A stretch of 64,000 bases of DNA from Antechinus flavipes (lineage: Eukaryota). The position numbers and the translations under genes were made by a program. The notes below the pieces were generated by a model. That model did not search any database and had not been told where the DNA came from. It was given only the letters and a program-made list of their open reading frames with translations. The DNA lies in NCBI RefSeq assembly GCF_016432865.1, contig NC_067403.1, forward strand, positions 250,666,001 to 250,730,000, written 5' to 3'. Positions 1 through 10,521 of this stretch are shown one piece after another (the first letter of the stretch is position 1; every line of letters starts with the position of its first letter).

Positions 1-600
1 AGTAGATTAGCTTAACCAAAAACAGCCATCAAGATGGTTGTGTTGTTTCTACTCTCAACATGAATCTTGTCTTGTCACTTGCATTTCATGTTTTTGCTTC
101 CCTTTATCTTTACAATGATAATGTTCTTCTCTTTCTTTGCATGTTGAAGATATATTCCTGATTCCAAATATATATAGATAGACACACAAACATACATTCT
201 CATTCATGCAACAATACATGTGTACCTACATACACATGTGCACACACATGTTTGTGTGTGCTTTTTTATTTTCTGGGTAGGATTTAAATCCTTTGTTCTT
301 CAGTTTGCTCATTTGTAAAATGATAGGGTTAGCTTTATGATCTATTTGCTTCAAAATTTTTCCTCATACCTTAAGCTAGAATTAATATTCAATACACAAC
401 TTTATATATTATTTGTTTTTTTTTAATCTCCATGCTTATTACATTTAATTTTCTATTACAGCTAAGTGAATAAATGTCTTATCTCTCCTAGTGGACTGTC
501 TGTGCACTTTCCAAAAGCATACAGTTAGGTCAAATGGTACAAATATTAATTCTCTTGCAGTATACTCATGTGAATTTCAGTTGGCACAGATTTAACATTA
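1..600 (+). other. Paralogous OR 3'-flank block, implying another OR of the OR1/OR2 type just left of the window
   Basis: agcttaaccaaaaacagccatc (9-30) matches agcttaaccaaaagcagctatc (15131-15152). gcatacagttaggtcaaatggtacaaat (about 518-545) matches blocks near 15595-15625 and 25260-25290, both downstream of OR1/OR2. Confidence 0.75.
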
Positions 601-949
601 TAGATATCTACCACTCTCAGCTAACATGACATCTCTTTCATGGGAGAACACTTATGAAAACTTATCTAATTGGAGAAGAATGAGCGATTGAGAGCAAGAG
701 AGATTGAATTATGAACACTTAAATAAATAGATGAGCCTTTATTAAATGATTGAGTTAAATGGTAAAGTAAAGGTAGGCACTTCCTCTAGCTCTCGTAAAT
801 TCCCCTCCAAAAAACTTCAAAGTGGAGTTTTGCAGGAAAGATCTGTCTCACAAAGGTGATGGTCAGGCCTTGAGTGCAGTGTAGACTGCACTCTGGAAAC
901 CAAACAATGGGCTATTGGATTGACTGTTTTCTTTCTAGGTTGTGGGGCA

Positions 950-2280
950 AGAACTCACTATTTAGCAAAAAGTTCTGGGAAAATTGGAAAGCTTTTTTTG
1001 TCAGAAACTAGTTATAGAACATCATCTCACATCATATACCAAGAAAAAGTGACAATGGGTAAATTGTAAAGGGTAATTCCATAAGCAAATTATAGAAGTA
1101 TGGTATATTTTACTTGTCAAATCTTTGGAGAAGTGAAGAATTTATGCAAACAAGTGATAGATAACTTTATGAAATTCATAATAGACAATTTATATTAAAT
1201 TAAAACTATTTTTGCACAAACAAAACCAGTGCAACCATGGTTATGAGAAAAGAAGAAAGATGGGAAGTAATTTTTACAACTGGTGTTCTGTTAAGGTCCT
1301 CATTTCTAAACTATATAGAGACGTGTATCAAATTAATAATAACATCCTTCCTCCATTAATAAGTGGTCAAAGATATAAATAGGTAGTTTTCTCATGAAGA
1401 AAGTAAAACTATACTCTTATGAAAAAATGTTCTAAATCTCTATTACATAGAGAAATGCAAATTCAAATAACTCTGAAATACCACTTAACATTTCATAGAT
1501 TGACTCGTGATAGAAAAGAAAAATGATAACTGATAGATGTGGGGAGAAAAAGAAGACATTATTAATTCACTATTAGCTGAGATGTGAACTGATATGACTA
1601 TTTTGGAGAACAATTTGGCAGTATTTCCAAAGGCCTATAAAAGTGTACATACTCTTTTCCTCTACTATTACCACTACTTGGTCTATATCCTAAAAAGGAT
1701 TTTTAAAAGGAGGGAAGGGAAGGACTTATTTATATAAAAATATTTATGGTGGTTCTGTTTGTATTGGCAAAGAAGTGGAAATGCCCATCAATAGGGAAAT
1801 GATTTAACAAGTTGTGATATATGACTGTAAAAAGTAATAGTGAGCCAGGATGATCTCAGAAAAATCTGGAAATACTTACATGAACTAATATAAAGTAAAG
1901 TGAACAGAACCATTAGACACACTAATAGGACTAATATAAGATGATCAACATCTCCATATTACAAAGATCCATGCCAATTTCCTAAGGACATGTGATAAAA
2001 ATTCAATATACATCCAAAAAAAAAAGAAATTAATGCAGATCAAAGTAGACAATTTTTCACTTTATTTCTTTCGCCCTTTTTTGGTTTCAATTTTCTTTTA
2101 CAACATTATTAACAATAAAATATTTTTTCATTATCACAAATATATAACCTATATGAAATTACTTATCATCTCAGAGAGAGAGGAAAAAAGGGAAGGAGGA
2201 AAAGAATTGATAATCAATTTTTTTTTCAAATCAGTGTTAAAAAAATGTTTTTACATGTAATTGGGAAAATAAAATATTAG
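950..2280 (+). mobile_element. Old L1 fragment: ORF2 C-terminus and 3'UTR, degraded
   Basis: Recognisable marsupial L1 ORF2 3' sequence (aactcactattt...gggaaaattggaaa, gcacaaacaaaacc...gcaacc, ccattttggagaacaatttgg-like) with many stops, ending in an A-rich 3' end. Confidence 0.75.
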
Positions 2281-2393
2281 AGAAAAAAAGAAAAATCTGA
2301 AATCTGGTGTATATGTATCCAGGATCATGTGAATTTGGGGGCAATGATATTGTGGTATAATATAGTGGCTCTAGTCTAAAACACAAACAAATT

Positions 2394-5300
2394 GCAGAGC
2401 CAAGATGGTAGAGAGGACACATGCATCTTTCTGAGCTCTCATCTACACTCAAACTATTTACAAAACCTAGCCTCTGAATTAGTGCTTGACTGTCAGAACC
2501 CACAAATATTGGGAGTACTACACATTATCAACAGAAGATAATTTTGAAATTCACCAGAAAAGGTCTGTTTTAGCTCGTGGGGACTCAATGGGTCTAGACA
2601 AGATGCAGACTCAGGCAGATAGGCAGTGAGAACACAGAAAACAGCTCACACTGAGTAGACTGGAGGGAGGCAGTGTGTGGTCTTCCCCAGTGGAAAATCT
2701 GCAGGGAGAACTCTACCACAGTGTTGGCTACTCTGCCCTGGCAGCAATCCAGTAAATAAGCAGAGAAGCTATAAACATAGAAGGTAAAGACTATAATCCC
2801 AAAACGCTAAAGTCTCTCAGGACTTGGCCACATCCACCCAGCACCAGGAGGGACTCAGCACAACATCAGCATGCAACCACTAATCCCAGAGCAGCTGCTG
2901 ATCCCAGCGTAACTGCTGCTTCGCTGACACTTCCTATTGTCTGTGTATTGAGCTCAGTAACCCCTCATTACCCCAAAAGCAGACTGCAGCTTTTTGTTGT
3001 TGTTGTTAAAATGAGTAAAAAGGTAAAGTGGTCTCTAACTATAGATAGCTTCTATACTGAAAGAGAGCATATTTCAAATCCTCAAACTCAAATGATGAAA
3101 ACTCAAAGATGGATATGATCTGGTCCCTACCACATAAGGCTCTCATAGAAGAAATTAAAAAGAGATCTAGAAGAAAACTGGGGAAAGGAAAGGGAAGCTT
3201 TACAAGAGGCATATAAGTCATTAAAAGATAGAGAGGAAAAAGAAAATAATTCCCTGAAAACAGAATTTGAAAATTGGAAAAAAAAAAATAACTCCTTAAA
3301 AAATAAAATTGGTGAAATGGAAAAAAAAATCCATAGAACAAAACAACTCATTTAAAAACTCAATTGGACAATTACAAAAAGAAACAAAAAAGTAAATGAA
3401 GAAAATAATTCATTAAAAATAAGAATTGGAACATTGGGAAACGAATGTGAACTATCTGCATTTTTGTTTTTCTTCCCGGGTTATTTATACCTTCTGAATC
3501 CAATTCTCCCTAAGCAACAAGAGAACTGTTCGGTTCTGCAAACATATATTGTATCTAGGATATACTGCAACATATCCAACACATAAAGGACTGCTTGCCA
3601 TCTAGGGGAGGGGGTGGAGGGAGGGAGGGGAAAAAAAATCGGAACAGAAATGAGTGTCAATATAAAGTAATTATTAAATAAAAAATTAAAAAAAAATAAA
3701 ATAAAATAAAAAAAAGGTTAAAAAAAAATAAGAATTGAACAAATGGAAATGAATGATTTGAGGTGACAACAAGAATCAGTCAAGCAAAACCAAAAAAAAA
3801 AAAAAAAAAAGAAAAAGAAAAAGAAAAAAAAGAAAAATAGGAAAAAGTATTAGATACCTACTTGGGAAAATAACAGACTTGGAAAATAGATCTAAGAGAG
3901 ATAATCTAAGGATTATTGGACTCCCTGAAAATTATGATGAAAAAAAGAACCTAGACACTATTTTTCAGGAAATCATCAAAGAGAAAAGCCCAGATGTTAT
4001 GGAATCAGAAAGTAAATTAAGACATTGAAAGAATTCATCAATCACCTACTAAAAGAGATCCCAAAATTTAAACTCCAAGATATACTATGGCTAAATTCCA
4101 GAACTATCATACCAAGGAAAAAAGACTACAAGCAGCCAGGAAAAAAAAAATTCAAATTCCAAGGAACCACAATAAGGATTACTCAGGATCTAACAGCATC
4201 CACATTAAAGGATCAAAGGGCCTGGAATCTGATATTCCAAAAGGCAAAGGCAAAGGAACTAGGTATGCAGTCATGAATAACTTACCCAGCCAAACTTAGC
4301 ATTTTCTTCCAGGAAAGAAGATGGACATTCGATGAAATAGGTGAATTTCATTTATTTCTGAAAAAAAAAAAAAAAAACAGAGTTAAACAAAAAGTTTGAC
4401 CTCCAAATATAGGACTTAAGAAAAGCATAAAAAGGTAAAAAGACCTCTTGAGAAGGATATAGCTAAAGAATACATGTATAATTTAGTTTTGCTGATATTA
4501 TATAAAAAAAGATCTAGAGGGAAAAAGGAAATTGTACCAGAAAAAGGGAAAAGTGCCTCTCACAAAGAAGCAAGGAAAACCTATTATATATGAGGGAAAG
4601 AAGGGAGGGGGGTGAACATAGTGTAAATCTTACTCTCATCAGAATTGGCTCAAAGAGAAAATATTAGACATATCTGGTTTTCAGAGAAACTTCTCTCACC
4701 TTATTTAAAAGTGGTATGGGAAAAGCAAAATGGGAAAGGGTAGGCTAAATACAAAGGAATACTGAAATTATAAGGGAAAGGTTTAAGGAAAGGGGGAGGG
4801 ACTCTAAAGGGAAGGGAGAAATCCTAAAGAGGGAGGGCTTCATGAGGCAAGTGGTGCTAACAAATTTAATACTAGAGAGAGGAGTAAGGAGAAAAGGAAA
4901 GAGAAAAGCTTAATCTGGGGTTAACAAGATAGCAGGAAATACAGAATTAATAAATTTGACCATAAATGTGAATGGGGGAAACTCCCCCATAAAGCAGAAG
5001 TAGATAGTCAGCTGGATTAAAAGCCAGAATCCTACAATATGTTGTTTACAGGAAACATATTTGAAGCAGGACAACACATACAGAGTAAAGGTAAAAGGCT
5101 GGAGCAGAATCTACTATGCTTCAGGTGAAATAAAAAAAAAACAGGAATAGCCATCCTGATCTCAGATCAAACAAAAGCAAAAATTGATGTAATTAAAAGA
5201 GATAAGGGAGGGCACTATACCTTGCTAAAGGGTAGCATAGATAATGAAGCAATATCAATACTAAACATATATGCACCAAGTGGTATATCATCTAAATTCC

Positions 5301-5753
5301 CAAAGGAGAATTTAAGAGAGCTGCAAGAAGAAATAGATAGCAAAATTATTATAGTGGGAGATCTTAACCTTGTACCCTCAGAACTAAATAAGTAAAACCA
5401 CAAAATAAATAAGAAAGAACTTAAAGAGTAAATAAAACACTAGAAAAGTTAGATATGGTAGATCTTTGGAGAAAACTAAATGGAGACAGAAAGGAGTACA
5501 CTTTCTTCTCTTCAGTTCATGGACCCTATACAAAAATTGACCATATATTAGGAGGCAAAGACCTCAAAATTAAATGCAAAAAGGCAGAAATAGTAAATGC
5601 ATCCTTTTCAGATCACAGTCCAATAAAAATCACATTCAATAAAAAGCCAAGGAAAAATAGACCAAAAAGTAATTGGAAATTAAATAATCTCATCCTAAAG
5701 AATGAATAGGTGAAACAGCAAATCATAGATACAATTAATAATTTCACCCAAGA
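2394..5753 (+). mobile_element. L1 element, older subfamily: 5'UTR, ORF1, inter-ORF spacer and ORF2 endonuclease, disrupted
   Basis: L1 5' terminus gcagagccaagatgg at 2394. ORF1 from about 3011 (fragments such as KKFKFQGTTIRITQDLTASTLKDQRAWNLIFQKAK). ORF2 EN from about 4929 (DLWRKLNGDRKEYTFFSSVHGPYTKIDHILG, SFSDH). Multiple stops and frameshifts. Confidence 0.93.
3429..3723 (+). mobile_element. Young 5'-truncated L1 3' end nested in ORF1 of the older L1
   Basis: L1 3'UTR (tgaatccaattctccc...gcaacaagagaactgttcgg, G-rich tract, poly-A). TSD aaaaataagaattg at 3415-3428 and 3724-3737, at a TT/AAAA L1 endonuclease site. Confidence 0.9.
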
Positions 5754-6869
5754 GATGAACTCTCCCAGAAAGAGGAGGCGGATAGCAGACTGGATCAAAA
5801 GTCAGAACCCTACAATCTGTTGTTTACAGGAAACACATTTAAAACAGGGAGATACATACAGAGTAACGGTAAAAGGCTGGAACAGAATCTATTATGCTTC
5901 AGGTGAAGTCAAAAAAGCAGGGGTAGCCATCCTTATCTCAGATCAAGCAAAAGCAAAGATTGATCTAATTAAAAGAGATAAGGAAAGAAACTATATTTTG
6001 CTAAAGGGTACTATAGACAATGAAGCAATATCAGTATTAAACATATATGCACCAAGTGGAATAGCATCTAACTTCCTTAAAGAGAAGTTAAGAGAGTTGT
6101 GAGAAGAAATAGACAGCAAAAATATAATAGTGGGAGATCTCAATCTTGCATTCTCAGATTTAGATAAATCAAATCACAAAACAAATAAGAAAGAAATTAA
6201 AGAGGTAAATAGAATATTAGAAAAATTAGGTATGATAGATCACTGGAGAAAACTGAATGGTGACAGAAAGGAGTATACTTTCTTCTCAGCAGTTCATGGA
6301 ACCTACACAAAAATTGACCATATATTAGGACATAAAGACCTCAAAATTAAATGCAGGAAGGCAGAAATAGTAAATGCTTTCTTTTCAGATCACAATGCAA
6401 TAAAAACTACATTCAACAAAAAGTTAGGTGTAAATAGACCAAAAAGTAATTGGAAACTAAATAATCTCATCTTAAAGAATGATTGGGTGAAACAGCAAAT
6501 TATAGACACAATTAATAATTTCACTCAAGATAATGACAACGGTGAGACATCATATCAAAATTTATGGGATGCAGCCAAAGCAGTAATAAGGGGAAATTTT
6601 ATATCCTTAGAGGCTTACTTGAATAAAATAGAAAAAGAGAAGATCAATGAATTGGGCCTGCAACTTAAAAAGCTAGAAAAAGACCAAATTAAAAACCCTC
6701 AATCAATTACTAAACTTGAAATTCTAAAATTAAAAGGAGAAATTAATAATATAGAAAGTTAAAAAACTATTGAACTAATAAATAAAACTAAGAGTTGGTT
6801 TTATGAAAAAACCAATAAAATTGATAAACCTTTGGTAAATCTGATTAGAAAAAGGAGAGAGGGAAATCA
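5754..6869 (+). mobile_element. Second, younger L1 ORF2 segment (complete APE-type endonuclease plus linker)
   Basis: Restarts at MNSPRKRRRIADWIKSQNPTICCLQETH, then YAP, GDLN and SDHNA motifs. ORFs 5710-6102 and 6130-6762 are in the same frame, separated by one TGA at 6100-6102. Confidence 0.95.
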
Positions 6870-7772
6870 GTAGTACAATTATCTGGAATAGGACCTAACA
6901 AGATATAGACTTTTTATACGAATATACAAATTAATGTATGCTGTGAAACCATCCTAGAGTGGCAAATTTTATTGGCCACAGCTCCAAATTTTACACATGG
7001 ATCTCCATTAAAGATAACCTGGCTATTACATAATTGACCATGGATTTTTGAAAAAAAAAAAAAGGTTCTAAGGTTCCTCTTAAAGGACCAACCATCTTTA
7101 CAGATGCATTCAAACATAACATTTGTGCTGTATATTCTCCTGACTTAACTATAAAAAGAATAGTCAGAACTTCCTTTCAGTCTACTCAGCAGAATGAATT
7201 GTATGCAATTATGGTAGCTCTTACTTTTTACCCAGGAAATGTAAATATATCTGATTCAGTAGGTGTAGTACAAATAATTCCAGGGCCCAAATAAAATTTG
7301 TAGCCTCTAACATATATCAGCTTTTTAAGGAACTTCAGGAGCAAGTGAGAAAAAAGTAAGTATTACTTCTTTCATATCCCCTCTCATACTGGTCTTCCAG
7401 GACCTACTTTTTATGGGAACTCAAAGGCAGATGGCCTTCTAACCATATTGGCCTATACTCCCCTATTTCAGGCAGCCCAAGAATCTCATTCTAAATATCA
7501 TCAGGCTGTACGAGCTTTACATTTGCAATTTGGGATAACAAAAGAGGAAGCTAGGAGCATAGTAAAAGCCTGTATAACTTATCTTCCTTTTCACACCCCT
7601 ATGCTCCCTCCAGGGAAGAACTTTTGTAGTTGGAGACCCAGTGAAATTTGGCAGATGGATATGATCCATTATAAATCTTTTGGTCATCTGTCTTTTATCC
7701 ATGTCATAGTGGACACTTTCAGGATTTACTTTTGTAGTACCAGCAACAAAAGAAATGGCCCAAGTGGTCACT

Positions 7773-8054
7773 TATAATATGGGAGCCACCTGCCAGTGGC
7801 TGCTGGAGGTCTAACTCAGACCTGTAGAATGGATCTCTTCGTGTGAGAGGATGATGAAGAGGAGGAGACTGAAAGGCAGTTGTGTTCTCTGATCTTCCTC
7901 CTCTTCCCTCTTGCCTCCAATTTATTTCATTCCCAGTCCACAAAGAGGAACATCTACGAAGGCTGTTTTGCATCTTCTTCAAGTGTTATGATTCACAGCT
8001 ATGGAGGCTCTAGGAGAATTGACCTGCTCCTTCATCTAAGCATGGTTTTTAACA
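7773..8054 (-). mobile_element. 282-bp solo LTR inserted in the ERV integrase
   Basis: Interrupts the integrase reading (...QVVT|...). 6-bp TSD gtcact at 7767-7772 and 8055-8060. Minus-strand TG start and degenerate TA end; minus-strand AATAAA near 7920-7926. Confidence 0.85.
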
Positions 8055-8274
8055 GTCACTAAATTCCTTATACAAGCTTTTGCAGTTATGTGTGTGCCAC
8101 AAGCAATAAAAACAGATAACTGACCTGCGTATACTTTTAAACATTTCACACACTTTTGTTCCCAATATCATATTTCACACACCATGTGAATATCTTTCAA
8201 TCCTAAGGGACTGGCAATTGTAGAGAGGAGGAACAGAGACATCAAGGTACTCCTCCAGAAATAAAAGAGGGGGA

Positions 8275-8454
8275 GCCACAGGTAACTCTAGAGAACTTCT
8301 AAACTTAACCCTTTATACTGCTACAGGTAACCCTGGAGAACTTCTAAACTTAACCCTTTATACTGCCATAGGTAATCTTGGAGAACTTCTAAACTTAACC
8401 CTTTATACTGCCATCAATAACCCTAGAAAACTTCCAAACTTAACTTTTTATACT
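8275..8454 (+). repeat. 45-bp x4 tandem repeat inside the integrase, followed by (TA)n
   Basis: Units start at 8275, 8320, 8365 and 8410. Consensus gccacaggtaaccctrgagaacttctaaacttaaccctttatact (ATGNPRELLNLTLYT). Confidence 0.95.
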
Positions 8455-9177
8455 ATATATATATATATATATTTTTTTTTTATTTTTGATGAGGACACAC
8501 TGGCTCGGCAGATAGGTTTTATAACCTGCTGGAAGGGCAGTGACTAATGAGAGCAGCTCCAGCATCTTTAGATAATTGCCAGGTGATATGGAGAGATCCA
8601 AAAAGTGGTGAATGGAAGGGACCAGAGAGACTGACTGCTTGGGGCAGAGGATTTGCTTGTGTCTCTGTGGATGGAGAAGGAATCTGATGGGTGCTAATGA
8701 GCCAAATCCACCTTGTCCATTGGAGAGAGATAGAAAAAAAGAAGACCCTTGAAATGAAGAAGACCCAAGAAACATCAGATGGTTCCATCTCTGACTGTAC
8801 CTACCACTGAAAGAGCATGACAGTTAACCCTATGTGTATGGCAATTAACTCATGAACCATTACCATAAAAATAATTATTAATGAGACTGATGCAGGACTT
8901 CAAAACCTGCAGGAAGCATTGGATTCCTTAACACATGAAATGATGAGATAATAAATTGGCTTTGGACTATCACTCGGCTTTTGAAGGAGGTGTATGTGTG
9001 GTTGTGAATTGATAGTTACTTTCTATGCCTTCCTTCTGGAACTCATGGAAGTCTTTTACTGTAGCTTGTTTATTCATATTGTTTGTTATATTACTACTTG
9101 TTTGTGAGATTCCTCCCATGCTGATGGATTTAACCACTGATGTATACCTGCTTCTATTAACAAAAAAGAGGGAGAGA

Positions 9178-9588
9178 TGTAGAGGGTCACAGATAGTAAC
9201 TCTGGGTGAGGTATAAGACCATTCAATCCAAAGGGAACCTGCTGACAATGTCTGGTCAGGCTCTCATCTCTCCTAACGGCTCTCAGCCTTCCTGAGAAAT
9301 CAAAAGGCAGTGACAACCTGTGTTGTAGTTGAAACACAGTGATATCAAGTGGCAAAGAGTCATCTACACACAATAGCAAGTTGTTTATGTGATCTTGCAT
9401 GCGCAGTATATAATTAGCACATACACAATTTTGCTTTGGTTATATAGGGTATATAAGGGTGAGAGAATTTAGACTACATGGACTCCATGTTTGACCATCC
9501 ATGTGAGTCTCACCTCATCACTCTTCTTCTAAGACCAAGGACTTGGGCTTGTCCCAAGATCCTCCAAAGAGCTAGTCTGGACACAACA
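9178..9588 (+). mobile_element. 3' LTR of the ERV (411 bp)
   Basis: Starts tgtag directly after the PPT and ends acaaca; TATA-like gtatataa near 9450; L1 sequence resumes at 9589. Confidence 0.85.
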
Positions 9589-10320
9589 GAACTGTGCCCA
9601 AAATATCAAGTGGTGCATACTGTTTGATTCAGCAATTTCTCTACTGGGCCTATATCCCAAAGAGATCATAAAAAGGGAAAAGGATCCACATGTACAAAAA
9701 TATATGTATCAGCCCTTTTTGTAGTGGCTAGAAACTAAAAAGTAAGTGAACACCCATCAGTAGAAGAATGGCTGAATAAGTTACGGTATATGAATGTTAT
9801 AGAATATTATTGTTCTAAAAGAAACAATCAGCAGGATAATTTCAGAAAGGCCTGGAGAGACTTACAGGAAGTGATGAGTAGTGAAGTGAGTAGAACTAAA
9901 ACAACATTGTACACAGCAACAGTAATATGATGATCAATTCTAATGGATGTGGCTCTTTTCAATAGCAAATTGATTCAGGCCAGTTTCAATGATCTTGTGA
10001 AGGAGAGAGCTATCTGTATCCAGAGAGAGAATTGTAGGGACTGAATGTGGATCCCAACATAGCATTTTCATTTTTTGTTATTACTTTCTTGCATTTTGTT
10101 TTCTTTCACCTTTTATCTGATTTTTTCTTGTACAGAATGATAATTGTAGAAATATGAATAGAAGAATAGCCCATATTTAACATATATCAGATTACTTGCC
10201 ATTAAGGGAAGGGGATGGGAGGAAATGATGGAAAAAATTTGGAACACAATGTTTTGTCAGGGTGAGTGTTGAAAACTATGCATACTTTTAAAAAATAAAA
10301 ACCTTTAAAAATAAAAAATC
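9589..10320 (+). mobile_element. L1 ORF2 C-terminus, 3'UTR and A-rich tail (older subfamily)
   Basis: ctactgggcctatatcccaaagagatc, gaatggctgaataagttacgg and aggcctggagagacttac are L1 3' hallmarks. The 3'UTR differs from the young L1 at 3429-3723. Confidence 0.88.
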
Positions 10321-10503
10321 ATATTTTATTGCATTCATATACCCTAATGTATTCAGCCATTCTCCAATCATGGACACACACTCAATTTCCTGTTCCTTGT
10401 CACTATAAAAAGAGCTGTTAAAAACATTGTTGTGGCTGATATTTAGTGAGATTAAGAGAGAAAAGTTTTCACTATGTTGTTTATGAAAAAGACTGTTCCC
10501 TGT

Positions 10504-10521
10504 CTAATTATTCTCAAGGGA
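10504..10521 (+). promoter_or_regulatory. Homeodomain (Lhx2-type) + O/E (EBF) composite motif upstream of OR1
   Basis: ctaattattctcaaggga: TAATTA adjacent to TCTCAAGGGA; conserved upstream of all five ORs. Confidence 0.7.

Larger units (their letters stand above)
6870..9588 (+). mobile_element. Endogenous retrovirus 3' half: RNaseH/integrase (betaretrovirus-like), deleted env, PPT, 3' LTR
   Basis: Integrase HHCC relic (ESHSKYHQ...VKAC), WQMDMIH, IKTDN and WKGPERLTAWGRGFACVS. Env TM relic DNKLALDYHSAFEGGVC (8947-8997) plus a hydrophobic anchor. Polypurine tract aaaaaagagggagaga at 9162-9177. Confidence 0.9.

Noticed and set aside
872-893. Perfect hairpin gagtgcagt-gtag-actgcactc
   Set aside because: A single 9-bp stem in probable retroelement-derived sequence; no ncRNA context.
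8275-8454. 45-bp direct repeats that superficially resemble a CRISPR array
   Set aside because: Units are contiguous with no spacers, derive from ERV integrase coding sequence, and the DNA is mammalian.
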